Positions 11,325 to 18,704 are shown, numbered from the stretch's first letter. The stretch is DNA of 32,000 bases from Akkermansia muciniphila ATCC BAA-835 (GCF_000020225.1 NC_010655.1:720001-752000); one strand, 5' to 3'. Notes: generated from the letters alone by a model not told the origin. Numbers and translations are program-made.

Positions 11325-12635
11325 ATGAATCTGCACCTATCATCCCTGGCAGCGTTGCTCCTGGCATCATACCTTCCGGCGCAGGCCACCGTACCGGCCC
11401 ATTCCCCTTCCACAGCGTTCATCCGGAGCGGCCTCCCGATCGTTGATCTGGATCAATGGACAGAAGCCCAGGTAGTAGTCGACAAGGAAAAAGGAAAATA
11501 CCTGGGACATCCAACGACGCTATTGCTGAAAGACGGAAAAACCATTCTGTGCGTTTATCCTAAAGGGCACGGCTCCGGGGAAATCATCCTGAAGAAATCC
11601 ACGGACGGAGGCAAAACATGGAGCGAAAGGCTGCCGGTTCCAGAATCATGGAAAACCAGCAGGGAAGTACCCACACTATATGAAACGGAAGACTCCCGGG
11701 GCAAGCGCCGCATTCTGCTTTTCAGCGGCATTCAGGGGGGAAACAGAAACACAGCCCCCAGAAACCGGATGGCGGTCAGTGAAGACAACGGAACAACATG
11801 GTCCGAGCTGACCCCCATTCCCAACCAGGTCGGAGGCATTGTTGTCATGAGTGACCTGATTCCTCTAAAAACGGGAAAAGGGCATTATATGGCCTCCTAC
11901 CATGCCAATGCCCGGGGCAAAGACGGACATGGAGAGTTTCACACCATTGAACAATATGTCACCTTTACGGAAGACGGTGGGCTGACCTGGACCTCCCCCC
12001 AGGTCATTTTCCCAGGGACAAGGGACATGCACCTGTGTGAGGGAGGTTTTGTCCGCAGCCCGGACGGAAAAACAATCGCGCTGCTGTTACGGGAAAACAG
12101 CAGGCACCATAACTCCCAGATCATGTTTTCCGAAGATGAAGGTAAAACATGGACTCCCCCCAAAGAACTGCCGGCAGCCCTGTGCGGAGACCGCCACCAG
12201 ATTCTTCCCCTGCCTGACGGAAGGCTTCTGGTTCAATTCAGGGATGCTCCCCCGACCAGGAAGAAAGGGCAGGCCGCCAGCCCGACGGAAGGAGACTGGG
12301 TAGCATGGATAGGCCGGTGGGAAGACCTGAAAAACGGCACGGAAGGCTCATATAAAATCCGTTTTAAGGACAACCGCAACGGTTGGGACTGCGCCTACCC
12401 GGCCGCCGAACTATTGCCGGACCATACCCTGGTATGCACTACCTACGGACACTTTGACAAAGGGGAATTGCCATACATCCTCTCCGTCAGATTTAAAATC
12501 AGCGATACGGACAAGATGGTCAAACAATATGCGGGGAACAATCACCCCAAGATCAAAAATGACACAGGAGCGGGAGAAACCGTTTTTGACCCCAATGAGC
12601 CGGACTCCGTTAATCGCCTTCTGAAACGTCCCTGA
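11325..12635 (+). CDS. BNR/Asp-box repeat, sialidase-like beta-propeller protein (GH33-like)
   Basis: 436-aa ORF with a signal peptide and four Asp-boxes (STDGGKTWS, SEDNGTTWS, TEDGGLTWT, SEDEGKTWT). It starts 18 nt after the PEP-CTERM gene. Confidence 0.85.
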   Translation: MNLHLSSLAALLLASYLPAQATVPAHSPSTAFIRSGLPIVDLDQWTEAQVVVDKEKGKYLGHPTTLLLKDGKTILCVYPKGHGSGEIILKKSTDGGKTWSERLPVPESWKTSREVPTLYETEDSRGKRRILLFSGIQGGNRNTAPRNRMAVSEDNGTTWSELTPIPNQVGGIVVMSDLIPLKTGKGHYMASYHANARGKDGHGEFHTIEQYVTFTEDGGLTWTSPQVIFPGTRDMHLCEGGFVRSPDGKTIALLLRENSRHHNSQIMFSEDEGKTWTPPKELPAALCGDRHQILPLPDGRLLVQFRDAPPTRKKGQAASPTEGDWVAWIGRWEDLKNGTEGSYKIRFKDNRNGWDCAYPAAELLPDHTLVCTTYGHFDKGELPYILSVRFKISDTDKMVKQYAGNNHPKIKNDTGAGETVFDPNEPDSVNRLLKRP

Positions 12636-12650
12636 ACATCATATTCCTCC

Positions 12651-13838
12651 ATGCTCCCGAAAAACGCGGAACGGAAAAAACACAACCGGCAAGACCGCTT
12701 GCCATCAGAAGTAACCAGAAAGTATGATTCCCCCATGGATACACAGCCTGGGGAAACGGCCCAGTCAAGAACCGTTGCCAAATTAAAGCACCGCCTCCGG
12801 TCCGGGCAATTCATAAACGCCATGCCCGGAGAACGGGAACTAAGCAAAGCGCTCGCCGCCGGCAGGGGAACCATCCGGAAAGCCCTCGCGCAGCTGCAGG
12901 AAGAGGGCTTCATAGCGGCTCCGGATAAAAACAGGGCCAGGAAAATCATCAGGACTTCTACAAGCCCTGTGCAGCCTCTGCCCCTGCTGGAAAAACGCGT
13001 TTGCTTCCTCTCCTCCGTTCCTATCCGGGACATCCCCCAAAGCATTTGGGTGGAACTTTACCAACTGGAAAAAGCGTTGCGAATCGAAGGTATGGCGCTT
13101 CAGCTGGTTGAAGCCACATGGGCAGAAAAAAACAATCCGGACATGCGGCTGGAAAAACTGGAAACAGAACATCCCGGCTCCTGCTGGATACTCTACCGTA
13201 CCACGGAAGAAGTACAACTGTGGTTTAAGCGGAAAAGCATCCCCTGCCTGGTCCGGGGAGTTTCCTACCCTTCCTCCAATCTGCCGTATCTGGATACGCA
13301 TTGGGAAGTGCTGGCCGGTCACGCGGCCGGCTACCTGTACCAGAAAGGACACCGTCGGATCGCGCTCTGCATACCGGATTCCAAGCTGAGAGGCAACAGG
13401 CTCATGGAACAGGGGTTCCTCTCCTTCCAGGGGGAACATTATACCCCCTATGTCATCCGCATGCCGTCGGATGCCATTAAGGCAGCCCAGGAACTCAACC
13501 GAATTGACCTGGCGGATACGGGTATCACCGCCTTAATTTCTACCCGGAGCAGAATGCTGATATCCATCATCTCCTGGGCGGCCACCATGGCTAAAAGCAT
13601 CCCGGAGGAAATAAGCCTGCTCAGCCTGGTTCATGAACCTTACCTGAACCATGTCACTCCCCCCATTACCTCCTACCGCTCCCCTGCAGAAAAAACGACG
13701 CGCAGGCTTATCCGGATGATTGAAGCCCTGCTGGAACATCGCCGTATCTCCAATAGCCTCATCCTCCCGGAGTTATGCCCCGGCCAATCCATCAGTACGT
13801 TGAATTCCCCCCCTCCTGCCTTTGAATCCATCAAGTAA
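12651..13838 (+). CDS. transcriptional regulator with a GntR-type winged HTH and a LacI/PBP1-type sugar-binding domain
   Basis: 395-aa ORF. MPGERELSKALAAGRGTIRKALAQLQEEGFI is a GntR-like HTH. The C-terminal part (HRRIALCIP..., ITALISTRSRMLISII..., IPEEISLLSL) resembles periplasmic-binding-fold effector domains. The start could instead be the ATG at 12735. Confidence 0.8.
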   Translation: MLPKNAERKKHNRQDRLPSEVTRKYDSPMDTQPGETAQSRTVAKLKHRLRSGQFINAMPGERELSKALAAGRGTIRKALAQLQEEGFIAAPDKNRARKIIRTSTSPVQPLPLLEKRVCFLSSVPIRDIPQSIWVELYQLEKALRIEGMALQLVEATWAEKNNPDMRLEKLETEHPGSCWILYRTTEEVQLWFKRKSIPCLVRGVSYPSSNLPYLDTHWEVLAGHAAGYLYQKGHRRIALCIPDSKLRGNRLMEQGFLSFQGEHYTPYVIRMPSDAIKAAQELNRIDLADTGITALISTRSRMLISIISWAATMAKSIPEEISLLSLVHEPYLNHVTPPITSYRSPAEKTTRRLIRMIEALLEHRRISNSLILPELCPGQSISTLNSPPPAFESIK

Positions 13839-13897
13839 TAAGGCCTGATCTGCCTTCTTCCATAACGCTCCGCTACGGAGGAAAGCATTCAATCTCC

Positions 13898-13923
13898 CCC
13901 TCCCGGAGACACCTCCGGAAGGG
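13898..13923. terminator. hairpin between the convergent regulator and sialidase genes
   Basis: ccctcccggag / acac / ctccggaaggg forms 10 bp with one C-A mismatch. There is no clear U-tract on either strand, so a terminator function is uncertain. Confidence 0.3.
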
Positions 13924-13947
13924 AAAAACGTATTAGCCGGCTTTCCT

Positions 13948-15159
13948 CTACTTGAGAACAGGAGCTTTTTTGCCGGGAGCCAGCCCTGTGTCTTCTCCGT
14001 CCGTCAGCCATTCCATGGTAATGGGAACAAACTTCAGCTTTTTAATATGCTCCTGGTTCTCCTCATAAAGCACCCCAACGATGCCGGGTTCCACCATGGC
14101 AAGGCTGGAATAGGCAAAACCGCCCTCGCCCAGCAATTTCTTCACCGGCCAGGTCTTGCCGTTGTCATAGCTCATGGCCACCTGTCCCTTAATGCGCCGG
14201 CCCGCACTGGGCCCGGAAAACAGAATGCGGCTTTTGCCGCCATAGGCAGGCTGGTCGCTCAGGGAATACGTCATCAGGGAATTCTGGGTACTGTCGCAAA
14301 ACAGCTCCGGAGCGTCCTCCACCTGTCCCCAGGTCTCCCCGCCATCCTGGGACCACGCAATACGGCGGCAATTGCCTGCGCCCCAATGGCGCGCAACCAT
14401 CACAACGCCGCCGTTATCCGTTTCCGCAATGGACGTCTCGTTCACCATGCCCTTCATATTGGCAGTCGGCTGGCCCAGCTTCCAGCTCTTGCCGCCGTCA
14501 TCGCTGTAAATGCAGGAAATCACCCATTTGCCGAACGGCCCTTCATTCATCGGAATCACCAGGCGGCCCTTGTGGGCGCCGCTCTTCAGCTGGGTTCCCG
14601 CATTCGGGCCGGACGCCATAATATCCACTCCGGAAGGACGCTTGGTCGTCTTCGTGATCTCCTGCGGCTTCGTCCAGGAAGAACCTCCGTTCCTGCTCTG
14701 AATCATGAAATTGCGGATGCACTTTTCATCATCCCATCCGTCCGGGATATTGGGCTGCCGCTCCTTGACCCCGGCAGGGTAACGCTGGAATACGACAGTC
14801 ACGGTCCTGGTTTTGGCATCATAAACGGGGCACGGATTATTGAACGTGGCGCCATGGGCCTTGGCTATCGCCCGGGGACGGGACCAGGTCTTCCCGCCAT
14901 TCTTGCTGACGCTCATGATAATATCGTTCTCCCCCTGGTCGGTATTTTTGTACCGTCCTTCGGCGAATGCCAGAAGCTGGCCCTTGCCGATACTGAGCAG
15001 GGCGGGAATACGGATGGACGCATAGGGATTACCCTCCCCGGCGCTGAATACGGTCACAGCCCTGTCCGTAGGGAAACCGGTTTTCTCTTCCTGCCCGAAC
15101 GCCGGCAATGCCACGGCGCATACGGCACTCATCAAACACTTGAATACGGAATTCATCAT
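13948..15159 (-). CDS. nanH: exo-alpha-sialidase (GH33)
   Basis: Track ORF extends to 15435, but the signal peptide begins at the ATG at 15159 (MMNSVFKCLMSAVCAVALPAFGQ). The protein has the RIP motif (ASIRIPALL), five Asp-boxes (SKNGGKTWS, SRNGGSSWT, SDDGGKSWK, SQDGGETWG, SYDNGKTWP) and the C-terminal AYSSL...LYEE. It matches my recollection of A. muciniphila Amuc_0625. Confidence 0.95.
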   Translation of the reverse strand: MMNSVFKCLMSAVCAVALPAFGQEEKTGFPTDRAVTVFSAGEGNPYASIRIPALLSIGKGQLLAFAEGRYKNTDQGENDIIMSVSKNGGKTWSRPRAIAKAHGATFNNPCPVYDAKTRTVTVVFQRYPAGVKERQPNIPDGWDDEKCIRNFMIQSRNGGSSWTKPQEITKTTKRPSGVDIMASGPNAGTQLKSGAHKGRLVIPMNEGPFGKWVISCIYSDDGGKSWKLGQPTANMKGMVNETSIAETDNGGVVMVARHWGAGNCRRIAWSQDGGETWGQVEDAPELFCDSTQNSLMTYSLSDQPAYGGKSRILFSGPSAGRRIKGQVAMSYDNGKTWPVKKLLGEGGFAYSSLAMVEPGIVGVLYEENQEHIKKLKFVPITMEWLTDGEDTGLAPGKKAPVLK

Positions 15160-15566
15160 CCTCTTCACCTTATTCCATTTTCCCCTGCCGCACAACAACC
15201 ATGTCATGCATGTGCGCCAAGACCAGAGAAAAAGGAACACTAAAGAGGAACGCGCGGCAGGAACGCGATACCGCCGCCGGGCAGCCCGGAAGGCTTCGGC
15301 CCAAAATTCAAACCAGCAAGAAACGTGCCCATCCGAATACGGATCCCCGGAAAAGCGCCCGCCGGAACCGGGGAAAATATCCGGAAACGCGAAATCGTCT
15401 GAAAAATCCCTGCCGCACCGCCAAAGCCATTCCACACATCAACCGCCCGGCCTCTCTTCTGACGAACTACCTGCCTATTTATTCATCAAGAGAAAAATAG
15501 TGAAAGAAGAAGAAAACGGAACCTGTATCTTGTAACATCACAGAATCACCTGCTTCCCGTACTGTC

Positions 15567-17087
15567 ATGAACCGAATCCTTCCATTACTATCCCTTCCCC
15601 TGCTGTCGCTCGCAGCGGTATTTGCCGCTAATACGCCGGAACACATCGGCAACGACCTCAAACTGTTCAAAGACTCCTCCTGCACCTCCCTGAAGCCGGA
15701 TGTGAAAAACACCTCCGCCTTCCAGTCTGACGCGATGAAGGAACTCGCGACCAAAATCCTGGCAGGCCATTACAAGCCGGACTACCTGTATGCCGAATAC
15801 CGGGCCCTCCCCTCACCGCGCCAGACGGGGAAAAATCTCAGAATCGGCGACGGATTCAGCAAATACGACAACATGACGGGCGTCTATCTGGAAAAGGGGA
15901 GGCATGTCGTCCTGGTCGGCAAGACGGAGGGGCAGGAAATCAGCCTCCTTCTGCCGAACCTGATGCGCAAGCCGGCCGAAGGAGTGCAGCCCACAAAAGA
16001 CCCCAACGGCTGGGGATTGCATAAAAAGCAGATTCCGCTCAAGGAAGGAATCAACATCATTGACGTGGAAACGCCCGCCAACGCCTATATCAGCTATTTC
16101 ACCGAAGACGCCGGCAAGGCGCCGAAAATCCCCGTCCATTTCGTAACCGGCAAAGCCAACGGCTACTTTGACACCACCCGGGGCGACACCAACAAGGACT
16201 GGGTTCGCCTGCTTGACCAGGCCGTCTCTCCGATCATGGATGCCCGGGGAAAATACATCCAGGTTGCCTACCCCGTAGAATTCCTGAAAAAATTCACCAA
16301 AGACCGCGGAACCGAACTCATCAACGCCTACGACAAGCTCATCGGCATCCAATACCAGCTGATGGGCCTGGATAAATACGGCAAAATCCCGGAAAACCGC
16401 GTCCTGGCCCGCGTGAACTTCAACTACTACATGTTCCGCGACGGAGACGGAGTCGCCTACCTCGGAAACGACGGGACAATGCGCATGGTAACCGACCCTG
16501 AAAACGTTCTCAAGGGCGATGCCTGCTGGGGATTCTCCCACGAAGTCGGACACGTCATGCAAATGCGCCCGATGACCTGGGGCGGCATGACGGAAGTCAG
16601 CAACAACATCTTTTCCCTGCAGGCCGCAGCCAAAACAGGCAATGAAAGCCGCCTGAAGCGCCAGGGCAGCTACGACAAGGCGCGCAAGGAAATCATCGAA
16701 GGGGAAATCGCCTACCTGCAATCTAAGGATGTCTTCAATAAGCTGGTTCCCCTGTGGCAGCTCCATCTTTACTTTACCAAAAACGGACACCCCGACTTCT
16801 ATCCTGACGTCATGGAGTACCTGCGCAACAACGCGGGAAACTACGGAGGGAACGACACCGTCAAATACCAGTTCGAATTCGTCAAGGCATGCTGTGACGT
16901 CACAAAAACCGACCTGACAGACTTCTTTGAGAAATGGGGATTCTTCAAACCCGGAAAATTCCACATCGGCGACTATGCCCAGTACGACTTTAACGTCACC
17001 CCTGAAATGGTGGAGGAAACGAAAAAGTGGATTGCCGGCAAAGGCTACCCGAAACCCGAAACCGACATCACCGAACTAAGCGAGTAA
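15567..17087 (+). CDS. M60-like zinc metallopeptidase (mucin O-glycopeptidase)
   Basis: 506-aa ORF with a signal peptide (MNRILPLLSLPLLSLAAVFA) and an HEXXH zinc site (GFSHEVGHVMQ). It matches my recollection of the characterised Amuc_0627 mucinase. Confidence 0.9.
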   Translation: MNRILPLLSLPLLSLAAVFAANTPEHIGNDLKLFKDSSCTSLKPDVKNTSAFQSDAMKELATKILAGHYKPDYLYAEYRALPSPRQTGKNLRIGDGFSKYDNMTGVYLEKGRHVVLVGKTEGQEISLLLPNLMRKPAEGVQPTKDPNGWGLHKKQIPLKEGINIIDVETPANAYISYFTEDAGKAPKIPVHFVTGKANGYFDTTRGDTNKDWVRLLDQAVSPIMDARGKYIQVAYPVEFLKKFTKDRGTELINAYDKLIGIQYQLMGLDKYGKIPENRVLARVNFNYYMFRDGDGVAYLGNDGTMRMVTDPENVLKGDACWGFSHEVGHVMQMRPMTWGGMTEVSNNIFSLQAAAKTGNESRLKRQGSYDKARKEIIEGEIAYLQSKDVFNKLVPLWQLHLYFTKNGHPDFYPDVMEYLRNNAGNYGGNDTVKYQFEFVKACCDVTKTDLTDFFEKWGFFKPGKFHIGDYAQYDFNVTPEMVEETKKWIAGKGYPKPETDITELSE

Positions 17088-17143
17088 CGTGATTCGGCAA
17101 TCCCGACGGTTCCCTTTAAATATCAAATATATCTGAAACTGGT

Positions 17144-17257
17144 AAAAAAGACTAACTATAGAGATTACAGATAAGGTTTCTCAAAAGATTTAGCTCGAGA
17201 TAATAAAATGTGCATAATCATTCAAAAAAGACTAAATACGAACATGTTGAGAGATTA
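17144..17257 (+). repeat. direct repeat aaaaaagactaa (two copies 80 nt apart), each followed by gagatta
   Basis: Exact 12-mers at 17144-17155 and 17224-17235. gagatta follows at 17161-17167 and 17251-17257. My rough estimate for a chance 12-mer repeat in 600 nt of AT-rich DNA is below 0.1. Confidence 0.35.
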
Positions 17258-17470
17258 TATTCTTATTTCAAATGATTCCTATAAATTTAGAAAATATGTG
17301 GATGGTTTAGTGAGCTTATTAGTAAATCCAAGGATATATTTTCTCCCATAAAGAAAGCTACTACCAAATCCTTGGATACAACTATTCAAGAACAAAAACT
17401 TCATGACTCTTTTAACTTCCTTATGTATTTATTACAAAGTATCAAAAGATTTGAAAACTCAAATTTTTAA
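17208..17470 (+). pseudogene. possible decayed ORF remnants inside the islet
   Basis: A 47-codon ATG ORF runs 17208-17351 (MCIIIQKRLNTNMLRDYILISNDSYKFRKYVDGLVSLLVNPRIYFLP*). It is overlapped by a start-less 59-codon open frame at 17291-17470 (...KKATTKSLDTTIQEQKLHDSFNFLMYLLQSIKRFENSNF*). One frameshift would join them. No homology recognised. Confidence 0.2.
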
Positions 17471-17528
17471 ACCAAGAAATAAAGAGATTCCGCACAGCAA
17501 CTATTGAATTCAATCTGACGAATTAATT

Positions 17529-17546
17529 AAATTTATTAATAAATTT
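17529..17546. repeat. perfect 18-bp palindrome AAATTTATTAATAAATTT (candidate operator)
   Basis: Read directly: aaatttatt pairs with aataaattt with no mismatch. It lies about 180 nt upstream of the islet ORF. The palindrome is certain; any function is speculative. Confidence 0.5.
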
Positions 17547-17727
17547 GAAATAACGATAGATTTTTATATCAAAAATTTACCATTGTCATGAATTATTAAC
17601 CGAGCAGAATTTCGTGACAATTTTTTGTTGAAAAACTAAATATTATAAGAACATATTTGAATAAAACTCGAAAAGAAATAGATAACTGATTTTTCTAACG
17701 TTTCATCTTTCCTTGAAATCATTGTTG

Positions 17728-18453
17728 ATGAACAAGAGATATAAGCAAATTTGTTATTTATGTGGAAAGAAACTATCTAGAGGTTCTTCTAATAGAACTG
17801 TGGATCATATTCCACCAAGAGGATTTTTTCCTGAAAATTTTGATCGAAAAGTTAATTTACCAACTGTTTTATGTTGTAGAAAATGTAATAACTCATACGC
17901 TAGGCTTGATGAAGAATTCCGATTCTTGCTCTCTAGTGGCAATTATCGTTCAAAAGCAGGAGATTGGATTTGGAACAACAAATCCGAACCTAAAATTGGA
18001 AAAAGTCTAATTAATTTTTGTGCAGACCTAGTAAGAGGTTTCAGGGGATATGAGATTCTTCAAATGGAAGATTCTTTTTCACAAGCGGTCAACATAACAG
18101 TTTCTTACACAGAAAAAATACTTCCTTTTTTTAGCAGACTAGCAAAAGGATTTTTAGTGTATGATTCACATAATTATAAAAATTATGACTTTGTTGTATT
18201 TCCCTTGTATAATTATCCAGAAATATACAATATAATGATGAAATATCCTGATAAAAGATCATTTTTAGATGATAACGGGGAACATATATTTTCTTATGTT
18301 TATCAACATGATCAAAAATTCGATAAAGGATTCTTTTTCTTTTCTTTTTATAAAGATCAGCATTTTGGTGTTCTTTTTGAAAGGTCAATTTACACTTCTA
18401 CTTCAGAAAAGAAAATTTTGGATGATATAATTAAGAAATGGAATATTTATTAA
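17728..18453 (+). CDS. HNH (H-N-N variant) zinc-finger nuclease-domain protein with an uncharacterised C-terminal domain
   Basis: Track ORF starts at TTG 17713. The first ATG is at 17728, giving 241 aa. Motif: C9-x2-C12 ... D26-H27 ... N43 ... C50-x2-C53-N54 (ICYLCGKKL...TVDHIPPRGFF...VNLPTVLCCRKCNNSY), a classic bba-Me/HNH finger with two CxxC zinc knuckles. I recognise no motif in residues ~60-241. Confidence 0.8.
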   Translation: MNKRYKQICYLCGKKLSRGSSNRTVDHIPPRGFFPENFDRKVNLPTVLCCRKCNNSYARLDEEFRFLLSSGNYRSKAGDWIWNNKSEPKIGKSLINFCADLVRGFRGYEILQMEDSFSQAVNITVSYTEKILPFFSRLAKGFLVYDSHNYKNYDFVVFPLYNYPEIYNIMMKYPDKRSFLDDNGEHIFSYVYQHDQKFDKGFFFFSFYKDQHFGVLFERSIYTSTSEKKILDDIIKKWNIY

Positions 18454-18498
18454 TCTAAACAAAACAACTTATTTCCCCATTTCTTCCTTATAGCCTTG

Positions 18499-18540
18499 CA
18501 AACAAAAAACCGCAATATACTCATCACGAGTATATTGCGG
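18499..18540 (-). terminator. rho-independent terminator of tRNA-Ser
   Basis: Perfect 13-bp stem: ccgcaatatactc (18510-18522) pairs with gagtatattgcgg (18528-18540), with a 5-nt loop. On the minus strand it is followed by UUUUUUGUUUG (the complement of 18499-18509). It begins 12 nt after the tRNA 3' end. Confidence 0.75.
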
Positions 18541-18551
18541 CAGAAAATTGA

Positions 18552-18642
18552 TGGCGGACAGGGAGGGATTCGAACCCTCGGTACCGGTTTGCGGTACACA
18601 CACTTTCCAGGCGTGCTCATTCGACCACTCTGACACCTGCCC
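18552..18642 (-). tRNA. tRNA-Ser (anticodon GGA), type II with a long variable arm and encoded CCA
   Basis: Hand fold of the reverse complement: GGGCAGG UG UCA GAGUGGUCGAA UGA G CACGC CU-GGA-AA GUGUG U-GUACCG-CAAAC-CGGUAC-C GAGGG UUCGAAU CCCUC CCUGUCC G CCA. It has a 7-bp acceptor stem, a 3-bp D-stem, a 5-bp anticodon stem, a 6-bp variable-arm stem, a T-loop UUCGAAU and G73. It closely resembles E. coli tRNA-Ser(GGA) as I remember it. Confidence 0.93.
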
Positions 18643-18675
18643 GTTGGAGATTGTGCTAGATAGGAAAGCAGGGAT

Positions 18676-18704
18676 AGAATAACGGCAGAAGAGAGGTTTG
18701 GCAA
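18676..18704 (-). promoter_or_regulatory. candidate sigma70-type promoter for tRNA-Ser
   Basis: On the minus strand: TTGCCA (18704-18699), a 17-nt spacer, then TATTCT (18681-18676). The -10 element ends 33 nt upstream of tRNA position 1. This rests on a motif match only. Confidence 0.3.

Larger units (their letters stand above)
17113..18498. other. low-GC islet of probable foreign origin at the 3' flank of tRNA-Ser
   Basis: Hand counts give 6/60 G+C at 17521-17580 and 17/60 at 17728-17787. The flanks give 29/60 at 16981-17040 and 37/60 at 19441-19500. The boundaries are sharp. There is one intact ORF and no integrase or transposase. Confidence 0.75.

Noticed and set aside
13948-15435. N-terminal extensions of track ORFs: sialidase to 15435, ruvB from 19151, flavoprotein from 21352, GT2 from 24455, hypothetical from 6218, GT4 from 29893
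   Set aside because: The extensions are Arg/Pro/Ser-rich or T-tract-derived, overlap neighbouring genes or promoters, and precede obvious signal peptides or canonical family N-termini. Internal starts were chosen instead.
17088-17115. gtgattcggcaatcccgacgg at the left islet border as a possible degenerate copy of the tRNA T-arm (gggattcgaaccctcgg), which would mark an att duplication
   Set aside because: Only gattcg aligns without gaps, and the acceptor/CCA part of the tRNA is not duplicated. This is not distinguishable from chance.
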